DNA of 63,863 nt, counting the filler, from Craspedostauros australis (taxonomy: Eukaryota), in the NCBI GenBank assembly GCA_030167865.1. It is 13 parts of 13 records of this genome, joined end to end, with 100 filler letters (N's around TTAATTAATTAA, not from the genome) between each part and the next. Parts side by side here need not be neighbours in the genome. Positions count along the whole stretch, not along the records: positions 24,579 to 28,745 come from JALAGF010003602.1; positions 28,846 to 37,567 come from JALAGF010003603.1; 11 more parts are not named here. One strand, written 5' to 3'. Made by a program: the position numbers and the translations under genes. Below the pieces are notes generated by a model. The model made no database searches, was not told where the DNA came from, and saw only the letters and a program-made list of their open reading frames with translations. Shown here piece after piece: positions 24,579 through 37,667 of the stretch. How positions within the stretch are numbered: the first letter of the stretch is position 1; each line of letters starts with the position of its first letter.

Positions 24579-27500
24579 CCCGAGCGACATACTCCTAAGC
24601 CCTAACTTAGCAGATATCGTTGCACTTTCAACAAAACAACTCCCTAAGTCCTCTACCTGCTCGCTGCGCTACGCCACCCTGAACTTTGGTCTACACATGA
24701 CCGAAAGCACCTGGCCTGCTTTCGAGCACGTCCTCTGCACCCACGACGGCAACCTGGCCCAACCACTCCGGACTTATCCGGACTCGACCCGTTTCCTTGG
24801 GTCGACGGCAAGAGTGTCCCACCGGATTTTGAACAAATTTCCGGTGGACTTTCTGGTCGCCCACGGGGTCCAGCACACGGAATGGCGTAACTGGGTCCTC
24901 CATTGCCAGACCAATCTACGGCCTCGGTTGATCATTGAGATATGGTCCGGGCCTAACTTGGGATGGGTACAACACGCCGCCTCCAAGCGAGAGTGTAAAC
25001 TCTGGGAGGACCTCGGCTACGGAACNCAGCTCAAGACCCTCCCCAACCAACGAATGGGTGGAGCGGTATCAGTGACTTACACGGTGGTGATGAGGTCGGC
25101 AACAACGTGGACGGCATCTGGCATCGACTGGCCAGACCTCCAACCTGCATCTGAACGAAGCATGGCGAACTGTCTTCGTCATTGCGGAGTTCCTCGACGA
25201 TGCTATATAACGAAGAGCAACGCCCAGTCGGTCATCGACAGCGCCACATCCGCGATGCCGATGGACCGGTTTGCCCTTATTCAGACGGCTAGAGGCGTCC
25301 GACGCCTCTTCCCAGACGAGTTAGGGAAAGCCCTGGGCAGCTCGATCCCCGGAGAGGCGCTCAAGCATGTGAAGTGGCGAGTGCTTTTCCACACTCCGTC
25401 GCAACACTTACTCGAGTACCTCTCCACACCGCTGATGGACTTGGCTCGCCATGTACATCAGCACTCTGAACACTCCCAACCTGCGACACAGACGACAAGA
25501 CGACGACGACGACGACGACGACAACAACAGACGCCCCTCCATGACGACAACAACGACGACCTCCAATATCGATGGACTCTGCCGGACCTCTCCCCTGATG
25601 GCGACTGGCACCGACTCCGCGTACATAACCTGCGGAAGGCTTGTGCGCACTACGGAAACCGATCCACCGCCCTACTCAAAGACGGATTCAACGACTTGCG
25701 TATTCACCGTACCAACTACACCGACACGCATCCCGATCCCAAACAACTACGAGTCCTCTGGTGGGAATTTCCTCCACAACACTGGGACCACCTACGAGAA
25801 GGGAGCCCGATGAACTTTTTGGACACTCCCGAATTCGGACACCACGATAATACCGACATGACTCCAGAACAGCAACAAGTGGCCGCGGACTTCGTCGATG
25901 AACTCCTCAACCTTGGAGTTGTCGAACCACAAGACCCCCTCCATCCGGTGGTCGTCAACGCCCCGCTATTCGCCTTGCCGAAACCCATGCAACCCGATCA
26001 ATGGCGTATCATCGCCAACATGCGAGAGAATCGCACGAACGAATTTATTGGGGCTGATCCAACCGTCTTCCCAAAAAGCCGCGACATTTTGAAACAAATG
26101 TACCACGGCGGCTGGTCGGCGGTTGTGGACGCCTCGAAATATTTCTACCAATTCCGAACCCGTCCCGACGAACGACGATTTCTCGGCATCCAACACCCAA
26201 TTTCGGGCGAAATGTACCAATATGCTGGACTACCGATGGGATCTAGCCAATCACCGGCTATCGCATGCAGGTTTGGAGCCGCTTTCCTTCGGCAACTACG
26301 CGAATGCTCTCAGCTATACCAAGGCACTCATCGCCCTAACATGTGGTGGACAACATTCAGCCAAGACCTGGCCTACGATCACACCAAAGGCCAAGGATTG
26401 GTCGCCATCGGATCGGATGGACTGCCGGCCGCCTTCGTGTGGGCCCACTGTGATGACTTCATCATCCATGGACCCACGCGGCGCAAGACCGCGGCGGCGC
26501 TATCAGCTTTCCTTGATCTATCAGTGGACTGCGGCCTGCTCTGCCACCCCGGCAAACTTACACCGCCCAGTCAAGTCGTCAAGTACACCGGATTGATTTT
26601 CGATACCACAGCCACCCCACGCCTACGCATCCCGCCTCTCAAACGAGACAAGATCGTCGCTGTGATGGATTACATCTCGGCTACACCCGCAAGAGTCTCC
26701 CGGCTCGCCCTCGCGGTCCTAGCGGGCATGCTAGAAAGCGTGGCAGAGGCCACACCGTCATACCTCGGTCGCAACTACCTACAAGCTCTATACGCCCTCG
26801 TACATCCACATGAGTGGGATCAACCAGATCTCCCCTACTTCAGCTACACGGCCATCACACCCGCGGTCACACAAGACCTCCAATGGTGGCGAGCGGCACT
26901 CACCAACGACACCGCACGGAGCGGTCATGCAACACGGACCGGCGTCCTCGTCAGCAGCTTTGGTGACGGCAGTGGTACAGGCACCGGGGGTACCATCCTC
27001 TTCCCCAACCAGCCCTCATGCATGTGGATGGGTACATGGTCATCCCTTGTGGCTACACACCACTCCTCCAACTGGAAGGAGCTACGTACTCTGCTCAGCA
27101 CCCTGCAACAGGTAGCCAGCAACCCAACAACCGCCGCCGACGTCTTCGGCGCCACCTTTTTCTACTTCACCGACAACATGTGCACCTACTGTGTTGTCGA
27201 TGGAGGCACTTCCACCTCACCGGAACTGCACAAGCTGGTCCGGAAGATCAAGCAACTCGAGCTCCGCTTGTCATGCCACCTTCAGGTCATCCACATCCCC
27301 GGCACTGCCATCATCACAGAGGGAACCGACGGACTCAGCCGCGGAATATGGATCAACGCCGCCCACCAACGGCCAACATCATCACAGATCCTATCCGCCT
27401 GTCTGGCCCCGACACCACTCCAGGAGCAGCATGTCCCTCAGATTGCATCACTCGCCTTCCCCGACACTCCCACGACCATACTACTCCGTCGGTGGGACTG

Positions 27501-27873
27501 TCCATGGAACCCCGAGGACTGCATGAACCGTATCACCCTGTGGGCACCACCACCGGAGCTCGCCTACCAGCTGATCTACTTCCTACTGGGGTGCTGGGCA
27601 GAGCAACCTCTGGACACTGGATTCGTCATCCTCGTCCCACGAGTGCTTCAACGCACTTTCGTCAGACTCTCACGTCACCTTGTCCGAGTTGGAGTGTTCA
27701 CCAACGACGATCTGCATCTCTCTTCTTCTTCTCCTCTCAATATTCCTAATCTTCTCCTCCGCGTCTCTCCCCACACTCGCTCTCTCACTCCTCCCAGACT
27801 GGACTTTGCTCCCCGCTCCCGGAATCGACGGCATCACCAACGGATCGCCGAGCGTCTGCACGGGTTGTGCTGA
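24579..27873 (+). CDS. Pol: degenerate C5-MTase-like N-terminus, reverse transcriptase, RNase H and DIRS-type adenine-methyltransferase-like C-terminus (frame opens further upstream, in contig 5 at about 23786)
   Basis: RT motifs NAPLFALPK..WRIIANM, VVDASKYFYQF, LPMGSSQSP, HCDDFII, KYTGLIFDT; RNase H FGDGSG, SSNWKEL, FTDN, HIPG..TDGLSR; C-terminal LWAPPPEL...FVILVPR resembles the DIRS MT (FPP..ILVxP) domain. Confidence 0.9.
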
Positions 27874-28745
27874 GAGCATCAACCGACACACAGCAGCACA
27901 CCAATGCCACTTCGCCGACACCGGATTCACGCACAATGGTGTCCTCTACCAAGCATGCCACACCCGATATCACAAGCTATGCTGCCGGGTGGGACCTCCT
28001 TTCCGAACACGTCTACACAACCATAAGGGTCTCACGCTGCCACCCAACCTCAATATTTTGGGTCTCTTCGTGTGCGAGGCATGCACGGTCCGAGTACATC
28101 TCCAGCGAGAATTGGTCCCCAGCCACACGGACCTCCATCTCCTCCGTTTGGAACGCATGCGCATCATCGACCTAGCGCACAATTGGGCGTCGGGTACTCT
28201 CACCACCTACAGCAGCAAGATTCGAGTACTACACAAGTTCGGTCTCCAACATGGCGTCCCTACCCTGCAGCCACCCGACATCCAATCGCCACCCTACTCT
28301 GAGACAATCCCGATCATGTGGGCGCAGGAGCACTACGCCACACAGGTACCCTCACGCAGGAACACACTTGGCGACCAAACCATCAAGTTCAGCACCGTGC
28401 GTGGCCTGCGCAGCGCAGCATCAGCGTTCGGCACATGGAACATGTGCATCGCGCATCCTGAACGCGCCATGCTCGACGCCAAGCAACGCCCTGTTATCGT
28501 CGATGAATGCCTTCCAACAGACCACCTCGGATACTCGATGCTGACACAAGGCATGCGAACACGTCTTGGCGAGGATTCGCGACCATCAGCCGCACTGCTC
28601 TCTCGCCACGTCCACTTCATGGACCGATGCTTCCTGCATCAATACCAACATGCAGTCACAGCACAACAGCGACGAACAGCGGCAATGGCAGGCATCATCA
28701 ACCTTGTGGGATGGCTGGGATGGCTACGGGCCGCAGAAGCCTTCG
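27797..28745 (+). CDS. Tyrosine recombinase with N-terminal Cys/His zinc finger, 3'-truncated
   Basis: AHNWASGTLTTY (core-binding helix), KFSTVRGLRSAASAF, GWLGWLRAAE (first catalytic Arg). Overlaps the pol end in the +1 frame. Confidence 0.8.
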
Positions 28746-28845
28746 NNNNNNNNNNNNNNNNNNNNNNNNNNNNNNNNNNNNNNNNNNNNTTAATTAATTA
28801 ANNNNNNNNNNNNNNNNNNNNNNNNNNNNNNNNNNNNNNNNNNNN

Positions 28846-31088
28846 ATCAGGATGGCAATACCGCGATGCAGCTTGCGGCCAGACATGGTCGCATGGAGAT
28901 CGTCAAGCGTTTGTTAGAGTCATGCGAACCAAGCATGGGCTCTTCAAATCCTTCCATCGTGGCCGCGCTCCATCTTGCATCTTCGAAAGGAGATCTGGAG
29001 ATGGTCAAGCAAGTGGTGAAGTCACACAAACGGACTGTCCAAGTGAAGGATGAGAATGGCGAGACATCACTGCATCGTGCATGTTCCAATGGCCATGTGG
29101 ATGTCGTGAGGTACTTGGTGGAATCAGGCAACGCGAACGTAAACGCCAAAAATTGCAATCGCGATACTCCATTGATTTGTGCATGTTCCAATGGCCATGT
29201 GGATGTTGTGACGTACTTGGTGGAAACAGGCATCGTGAACGTAAATGCCAAAAATTGCAATCACGATGCTCCATTGGCTTGTGCATGTTCCAACGGCCAT
29301 GTGGATGTCATCAGATACATGGTGCAGTCTGCCAAGGTAGATGTCGACACTACCATGAAGGGAGAGTCCACTCTACTTGATTGGGCATGCATGGGCGGCC
29401 TCTCGGATGTTGTGAAGTGCCTTGTGGAGTCAGGCAAGGTCGACATCAATAGGCAAGGAAAGGACGGCATGACCCTCTTGCATCACGCATGCGCCGCGGG
29501 TGACTTGGCCACTGTGAAGTTACTGGTGGAAGCAGGGAATTCAAACATCAACGCACAAGACAACAGCGATCTCAGTCCACTCCATCTCGCGTGTTCGAAC
29601 AGCCACATGGATGTTGTCAAGTACATTGTGGAATCGACGAATGCAGACATCAACATTCAAAGCAGTTCCCATGACATGCAGACCCCGCTTCACGAAGCAT
29701 GTATGAAAGGCGACTTGGGCGTGGTGAAGTGTTTGGTAGAGTCAGGCAGATCGGACTTGACTACCATTACCACCTGTGGTGGGACCCCACTTCACATTGC
29801 ATGCTTGAACAACCACATCGACGTGGTTGATTACCTCTTGAGATCACCCGATGCAAATGTCGACGTCACTCTCCAAACTAAGAAGGGTTCCACACCACTC
29901 GTTTATGCAGCTCAGAATCTGGAGTTGGAGATGGTGAAGTATTTGGTGGAGACATGGGACGCAGATGTCAATGCGTGTGATAGCGATGGCATATCTGTGC
30001 TCTGCCTGGCATGTAGGTCCTGCCGGCAGGATGCTGCCATGTACATGATTGAATCAACGAATGCAAACATCAATGCTACAGATGAAAATGGTTGGACTGC
30101 ACTTCACTATGGATGCGCCGGAGGGAGTTTGAACATGGTGAAGGCCTTGCTGGAGTCGGGCAAGATGGATATCAATCACTGCAACCGTGCCCAAAGCACC
30201 CCACCACTCTATCTTGCAATGGAGCACAGGGAGACAGATGTCGTCAAGTATATCTTGGAATCGACCGATGTAGACTTCAACGTCCGAGATGACAGAGGCG
30301 CATCCATGCTTCATATCGCATGTAAGGACGGGAGGTTTGATATCGTCGAATGGTTGATTGAATCGTACAACGTTGCTATCGAAGCAACAGACAATGGAGG
30401 CGCCACTCCACTTTACACTGCATGTGAGTACGGCTATTTGAAGATTGCGAAGTACTTGATGGAATCGTGCAACGCAAACGCGGATGCCAAAGACAACTAT
30501 GGGAGAACTTTACTCCATGCTGCGTGTTTCTCGGGACATGTTCCCATGCTGGAGTGCATTTTGAACTCAATCAACGCAGACATCAACGCCCAAGATGACT
30601 TCGGCAGCACTCCGCTACTTCACGCATGTTACTCTGGTCGTGCGAACGCTGTGCAATACATGTTGGAAACAACGCAAGCAAATGTCAACGTACAGGACAG
30701 GCGAGGTGACACTCCACTCCATCTTGTGGCTGGGCTCGCGGACAAATATTCCCCCGTGAAATTCTTGGTGGAATCAAGAAACGCAGACATCCATGCAAGG
30801 AATAACAAGGGCGATACCCCACTTCACAAGGCATGTGCCGGCAACAAATGGCGGGTTGTCAAATACATCTTGGAATCAACAGATGCAGATGTCAATTGCC
30901 AGAACGATGCGGGCCAAACTCCGCTGCATCTGGCCAGTCAACGCGATAACTTGGATACCGTCAAGCACTTGGTGGAAGTCCGCAATGCAGATGTTGATAT
31001 TCTGAACGACGCTGGTGACACTGCGATGACGTGCGCGGCTTCGTCATGGTGGCGCCTAGCCTACAAGTACTTGAAGGAGCGTTCCTGA
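28846..31088 (+). CDS. Ankyrin-repeat protein, 3' part (full gene about 951 aa with its 5' end in contig 8)
   Basis: About 20 tandem repeats of G.TPLH.AC..G..D.VK.LVE; stop at 31088. Confidence 0.92.
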
Positions 31089-34000
31089 TCATGGAGTGGT
31101 GCAGACCAACCTCCCAACTACGAGCATCCGCCTGATTGTGATGAGGAAAATGGAGCGCTACATCGTGCTCACATGTAATGAGGGAGGCAAAAGGATTACT
31201 CCAGTTCAGTTTTAGTGCAATTGGAAAAAGAGAGATGGTGTTTCGTCTTGATAGTAGTATCGCTACTACCTGCAGAGAACGGAAAATGCATTACACGATA
31301 ACGCTAGTTGTAGAGTTTTGGCCCCTTGTTGCCGCTGGTTTGCTTGCTGTCGGGAGAAGTGTTGATTGAATATTTACATCTACTTCGTGTTAGTGAATGT
31401 TCCGTGCTTTTCGAGGCACATTCCCAGCAAGGGCCTGTTCTCAACTGGTTGATGAACCACTTGCTGTTGAGACTCAAGCAGGAAAAACTAGAGAGAGTGA
31501 TCGATGTGAACTGATAGTAATTTGGGTAGGTTGTAGATTGCTATCGGGTGGATTATGGTAGGCACTCGTCAGCTGAAGAAATCATAGAAAAGTAAGCTTG
31601 CAAAGCCATGGGATGAGCCACTTTGATGAGAACAAGCAACACAGCTCTTTCTCTTGTGGTTGAGATTGATGCATATCTTTGGCATGGAAGTCTGATCCGA
31701 ATCTTCGGATTCAGAACAAGGAAGAGCCGCGCTGTTCTTGTGTAGACCTGCAATCTGATTGGTTGCATTGTCAGGAAGCAGAAGGATGTAATGCACTTGC
31801 AAATGGAGGATTGATTGCATCAGAGCAAGTGATGGTGATTGAGATGCAAGATCGGATCGTCATGAACGCTCAATAGGTGTCTGATCTTGCACCTCGCCTG
31901 GATTCATTATCCATTGTGTCCTTGTTGAGTGTTTCATGCAAATCAGTGAGTTCTGGTTTCATACGAACAGTTGAAGTTCATCTAAAGAACAGACTACTTT
32001 CCTCTTAGTGTGTCCAGTGTCGCACCATGAAATTGTTATTGGCGCGTCAATTTTGGCGCGAAACCTCCCACCAACAAATACGGAACAATACCTCCTTTCC
32101 CTCTTTCTCCCACTCTCACTCATGAATCACTGCTGACTCAAATACTATCCGAGTCAATGGGATCAAGACACCCTGGGAACTATGCTCTCCTGAACTATTG
32201 CAATGCAGCCAACCTGAATTCCGGTGTCAGCTACACAACCTGACAACCCTGCACGACAACAGCCAAGATATTTTCCCCGCTTCAACACATGCAGGGAATC
32301 CTACATCAATTCCCTCGGCCTGACAACCTGTGTTCTCGATCTCAACCTCAATCAAGGTGTCAAGGCTTAGTACTCGAACGTAGAACGACTACGATGAGAT
32401 ACTGGAGAAAGAGAGAAAGAGAGGACTCGTCCGCCTTCAGCACTGAACCTCTGAAGGTCAGTGCAGAGCTGCACTATCCAACTGAATATCGTTTCTTCAT
32501 CCTTCGTCGCAAACTGATCGACTCACAATGCAGACTATTCAATAAAACAAATAGCACAACTTAAGATCAGAACAACCATACTAATCTACTCATTGTCACC
32601 TACTACAATCTTCCCAGATGGCCATCCCTCGCCAACTGCATCCCCAGTTTCATCCAAACTGGCAGTCGGCAAGGCCTTCCCTTCCGGATCGTGTCACAGT
32701 GTTACACGAAAATCCAACTTCCGTGTAAACTTGTGGACAGCGATTTTGCACTGAGACGAACCTCCTTCATTCTTCCCTTCCACAAATACTCTCTCCATCC
32801 CTACAAAACAGTGATAAAAACTGACTCTACTCTGCATTTTATTGTCTTTCTCTACTGTTATGCTACAGCCATCCATGCAAGTCTCTTGTGCATGGAATAC
32901 ATTGATGTATATAATTGTTGGAAATCCAGGGGAACCCAGTCTCTCATAGTCTCTGGTTATCTCCTATTCCTATTGTTGCATTGTTGGAACTGTGAGCTCA
33001 ACATCTCCATCTCTTTCAATTTCATTTGCCATAGCATGCATAATCCACAGTAGCACACAGTTGTTGGCAAGTTCCGCTCACGGTAACCTACGATCGTGGA
33101 AGATGGTGTTGGTTGATAGTCGTTTGTTTGCTATTTTATTAGTTGGTTACTCCGATCCTCTTGGTGTACACCAGTTGTCTTGCCTGATGCTCTCGGCGCT
33201 TCAATCTGTCTTGTAGATTCGATCTCCTGACCCGACTATGAGTCAGTACGTGAGATGCTCTCTCGCCACTCTTCGTATTCTCTCTCTCTCTCTCAATATC
33301 ATGTACTCGTGCTACACGATACTTCACGTTCGATGCGTACTCCGCATTCAACACTCTGTTCATTCAGTACTGGCTCCTACTCCATGAGTACTTACCATTT
33401 GAACTTCACCTCCTGTATCCATGATCCTGATGTCCTTTGGTCATCGGATCTTCGCCTCCTGCTCTGACATCGAGACAGATGTCCACGTGGTGACATGATG
33501 ACATCCTGTCGACGTCAGTAGGCGTCCTTCTGCTCTCCAGATGTCACATTCCATTGGTGATGCAGTGATCTGTCAGATGATATCGTCATCTGAGGTTTAG
33601 TTGGGAGGTACCTCGAGATTCTCTTGGTACCATACGTCTCCATTGATGGATGGACGGACGAGATTTCTAATTCTCTCAGAAATCGTTGTTTGCAAATTTC
33701 CTCCAAAGATTCTGCTCATTTTCGTGTGTTCCATTTCTACTGTAATTCTGACGAATCACAGCATACTATCGACACGAATGTAGTTGTTCCGTCCAAACAT
33801 GTATAAGAGAATAACGGGTGAACGATGCACATATACATGTACATCTCGACAACGGAGGGCTTGCGCGGATTGTTCGTTGAGCCATTCCACGATGCTCTCC
33901 AGCCTGCGTTCCCCGCTGCTGATGCCCGTGTCTTCCCCGTGATTGCTCATGGTGAGGTCGTGGAGGTGTCGAAGTCGTTGGGCTTCGCTTGGTGTCGACG

Positions 34001-34992
34001 GTCGTCTTGGAGTTTGCTGCTCGACCTCCCTTTGCTTGCAAAGGTGTGCACGGAGGTACTGGCAGGAGTGATTTGAAAACAAGCACCTGGTCTGCAGGTG
34101 CTGGCGGTAGCCTCTGCTTGGCAAGGGCTTGGTTGGTTGAGTTGCCTTCGGGCTAGCTCATGTATCGCTAGTCAGGCCGGTTGGTCATGAAGGGTTGGGA
34201 GCCTTGGGGCTCGGTGTCGATAGACACAGCGATCTGCGCGCTGAGGAAGTCTCTTGGAGGGTTAGGAAGGTGGATGTAGTTGATTGCAGATCGCAGCTGC
34301 CAGTTGGTATTCCATGTCTTTTGCACGTTGTCAGGAGGATGATCTGTCCTTCAACCGGTTTTGACGCCGTTTGGTATTGAGAACAAAGCTATGCCAGACA
34401 ATGATGTAACTGTAGTAGACTCGGATGTAAGCTGTGATGATTGTTTCTGATTGCTTGTTCTTATGTGTTAAGCTTGCTATTGATAGGGCACTCGAGTAAA
34501 AAGGTAGGGTCATGCTGTCGTGCTCCAGCCGTTCTTGTTGAGCAACAACATGTCGTGGTGATCCCGCACACACACAGTTGTCCATGCACGCCATCCGCAG
34601 GGTAGTGCCTGATCCATAATATGGATATGCTTCAAGACAAGCACAGGTTCTGAAAGATGGCGAGTTTGGACAGGTGGCAGGAGTGCATGAGCTGGAGGAT
34701 GAGCAGAGCATGGATTGTGGTCCAACTACACACCATGTGTGCGGTAGGCTTTCATCACAATACTGGGTTGGGATACCGGGTACCACGTACGCGACACGAT
34801 CAGATGAGTCCTGGAACAGTCCCGGATCAAGTCTGTCCCAACTGTGGTGACTTTCGGCTGTGTGTTGTATCAGCGAATGACGTCATTGGCTTTCTTTGGT
34901 TTCGTGCCATCTGCCCCCACATTTCGGCTTCTGCGCCAACAATCTCAGGCAGACGGCAGACGATAGACGATACCATTCCACTTAGATCCACC

Positions 34993-36963
34993 ATGACGAG
35001 GCAAACGAGCAGCACCTCATGGTGCACAACGCAGTCGATCATGAGATCCGCTGCGATGCTTTCGATGATCACATCGTCGGTGGCTTTCCTCCCGAGATCT
35101 CCTCCGCAGCACTTACTCAGCAGAAACGGTCTCGAACCGGCCGCAGCCAACCATCAGACGGCACTTTCGCTGCAGACGAATGACAACGACCCTGTCTTTC
35201 AGGTGGGAGATCATTCCAGCGATGATGCGGACGATGGACATTCCGCGCAGCCGCAGCAACGACCCATCGATGCCATGATGGAATTCGCCAACACGGCGGA
35301 TGATGACATGGCTGGCATGTCCTTCTTTGAAGAGGATGGCGATGAGGCGAACCTCATGATGGACGGCGACACCGACGTGGAGGGTGATGGAGAGTTCACC
35401 GCATTCACACGTGATGAGGACGACATCCTCACAGAACGCGAAGATCGTCTCTACGTCGATGAAAAAGGCATCCGACGCAAGGTGGAACGCTGCATTCTGA
35501 TCGGCGTCGAAGACTTGGGACTGCAGCGCAAAGCGAAGCGGTCGGAACGCTACTACAACCCGTTGGAGAATGGGCAGGATGCGCCAGTCTTCACACTGGA
35601 GGAGTCCCTGATCGAGATGCGGGAGTTAATCCGCACGGCCGGTATGGAGATCGGCGCCGAGATCACGCAGCGACTGCAGGAGATCAATCCCAAGACATAC
35701 GTCGGCACAGGCAAGGTGCAGGAGGCCAAGGCGCTGATGGAGGAGCAAGGATGTTGCACGATCGTCTTCGATGCGGAACTCAGCCCTGGCCAGCAAAAGA
35801 CCCTCGAGAACACCTTCAATCGCAAGCTGCTGCAGAATGATTTTCTCGTCTCCGAGCGTGAGATCAAGGTCGTCGACCGCACCGCGCTCATTCTAGACAT
35901 CTTCGCACAGCACGCCAAGACGAAGGAAGGTAAGCTGCAGGTCGACCTCGCACTGCACGAGTACCGCAAGCCAAGGCTCACCAAGATGTGGACGCATTTG
36001 GAACGCCAATCCGGCGCCGGCGGCGTCGGTCTGCGAGGACCTGGAGAATCGCAGCTCGAGATCGACAAGCGTCTCGTGCGCGACCGCATCATCGTCCTCA
36101 AGGAGAAGATCAACAACGTCCAGAAGCAGCGTGCCATGCATCGCAGAGGTCGATCGCGAACGGGCCTGCCAATCCTCTCCCTCGTGGGCTACACGAACGC
36201 CGGCAAGTCGACGATGCTCAACTACCTCACGCGAGCCGGTGTCATGGCCGAATCCATGCTCTTCGCCACCCTCGACCCCACGACGCGCAAGGTCAAGCTT
36301 CCGGGATACAAGACACATCCGGAGGTGCTGCTCACGGACACCGTCGGGTTCATCCAGAAGCTCCCCACCCATCTCGTCGCGGCCTTCCGCGCCACCTTGG
36401 AGGAAGTCCGGGAGGCCGATGTCCTCGTCCATGTCATCGACGTGTCCAACCCGGCGTGGGACAAGCAGGAACGGGCCGTGCGCAAGGTTCTGGCAGACAT
36501 CGATGCCAGCGACAAGCCCATGGTGCGCGTCTTCAACAAGATCGACCTGCTCGACGAAGATGACGCCGAGTACCTGAGGTACGAAGCCGCCATGGCGGAA
36601 AACACGGTGGCCGTGTCGTCCCTGCACGGAGACGGTTTGCAGGACTTCGTGGCGGTCGTCGAAGATGCGTTGGCCGATTTGCTGGTGCCAATCGAGCTGG
36701 AGCTGCCGTACAGTCTGGGCGATGAGCTCAATCTCATCCACGAACAAGGCAACGTCGAGACGATCGATTACCGACCGCAGGGGACCTACGTGATGGGCAG
36801 AGTTCCCCAGTCGATCGCCAACCGTCTGCAGCAGTACAGCGTGGCCTCCGATGAGGGGATGGGACAAGCATCGGCTGTTGCGACGGGTGGTGGTGACAAC
36901 GATAATGACGATGGGATCGACTGGGTGGCCCTTGGACGTGGCAGGCACAAGCAGCGAAGCTAG
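34993..36963 (+). CDS. hflX: HflX ribosome-splitting GTPase, plastid-targeted
   Basis: [45 protein letters not shown]1 [27 protein letters not shown]-terminal signal ending SSVAF-LP, like the diatom ASAFAP motif. Start at 34993 or 35041. Confidence 0.95.
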   Translation: MTRQTSSTSWCTTQSIMRSAAMLSMITSSVAFLPRSPPQHLLSRNGLEPAAANHQTALSLQTNDNDPVFQVGDHSSDDADDGHSAQPQQRPIDAMMEFANTADDDMAGMSFFEEDGDEANLMMDGDTDVEGDGEFTAFTRDEDDILTEREDRLYVDEKGIRRKVERCILIGVEDLGLQRKAKRSERYYNPLENGQDAPVFTLEESLIEMRELIRTAGMEIGAEITQRLQEINPKTYVGTGKVQEAKALMEEQGCCTIVFDAELSPGQQKTLENTFNRKLLQNDFLVSEREIKVVDRTALILDIFAQHAKTKEGKLQVDLALHEYRKPRLTKMWTHLERQSGAGGVGLRGPGESQLEIDKRLVRDRIIVLKEKINNVQKQRAMHRRGRSRTGLPILSLVGYTNAGKSTMLNYLTRAGVMAESMLFATLDPTTRKVKLPGYKTHPEVLLTDTVGFIQKLPTHLVAAFRATLEEVREADVLVHVIDVSNPAWDKQERAVRKVLADIDASDKPMVRVFNKIDLLDEDDAEYLRYEAAMAENTVAVSSLHGDGLQDFVAVVEDALADLLVPIELELPYSLGDELNLIHEQGNVETIDYRPQGTYVMGRVPQSIANRLQQYSVASDEGMGQASAVATGGGDNDNDDGIDWVALGRGRHKQRS

Positions 36964-37667
36964 ACGGCATACTCAAATGGGTAGAATGAAGTGCACACTA
37001 CGTGCACTCTCTCTCTCGAACGAACGAAAGACGACGACAACGACCAACTACTTACGTATTCCATCATGACGCTTAGACAGCATTCATCCACGTACGTACA
37101 TGCAATCGTGTGTGCGTGTGTGTTTTCTGCCGTTGCGCAATACTCTTCACCTGTATGCTTGCCTGCATGTTGCTGCAATCACACGAAACATAATATTGCA
37201 GAGTAGGAGTACTCTAGTCTTTCCTTCTCACTTTCTGAAGCACAATCCGACGACTGCATACTGACACCATGACCTTGATTCCGAGTGGACTTCCAGGGCA
37301 GAGCGGCATGGACTCCATCTACGAATTGAAGTGTCTCCGATCGTTCCATCTTACTTTGGGCTGCCTCTCTTGTGACATTTCCTCCCGTGGGCGTTGTACG
37401 TGCGAATGGCCTCGTCTCCGTCGCATCTTTCAGTCTATGGACATAGTACATACTCGGAGGTTGACACCGATACAACGGATCGTGTGGGAGTGCCGAGCCA
37501 GCCCAATTTCAGGTTTGCCGCAAAACCTGAGAATGTTGCGAGAGACTCGATCGTGTTACCTGCACCANNNNNNNNNNNNNNNNNNNNNNNNNNNNNNNNN
37601 NNNNNNNNNNNTTAATTAATTAANNNNNNNNNNNNNNNNNNNNNNNNNNNNNNNNNNNNNNNNNNNN

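Larger units (their letters stand above)
23230..28745. mobile_element. DIRS/Ngaro-like tyrosine-recombinase retrotransposon split over two overlapping contigs (gag - pol - YR); termini not in window
   Basis: 23230-23676 is the reverse complement of 24579-25025, so gag (contig 5, minus) lies directly upstream of pol (contig 6, plus), followed by an overlapping YR ORF. Confidence 0.88.

Noticed and set aside
31200..34700. Lower-GC non-coding stretch with TTTGGCGCG motifs at about 32040-32063, as a possible centromere/origin or decayed transposon
   Set aside because: Only moderately AT-rich by eye, and no recognisable protein remnants or terminal repeats; cannot assign a function.
34993..36963. 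hflX or the amidohydrolase as bacterial contamination
   Set aside because: HflX has a eukaryotic bipartite targeting presequence and shares its contigs with a eukaryotic-type ankyrin gene; the amidohydrolase sits on a contig with an intron-containing gene.
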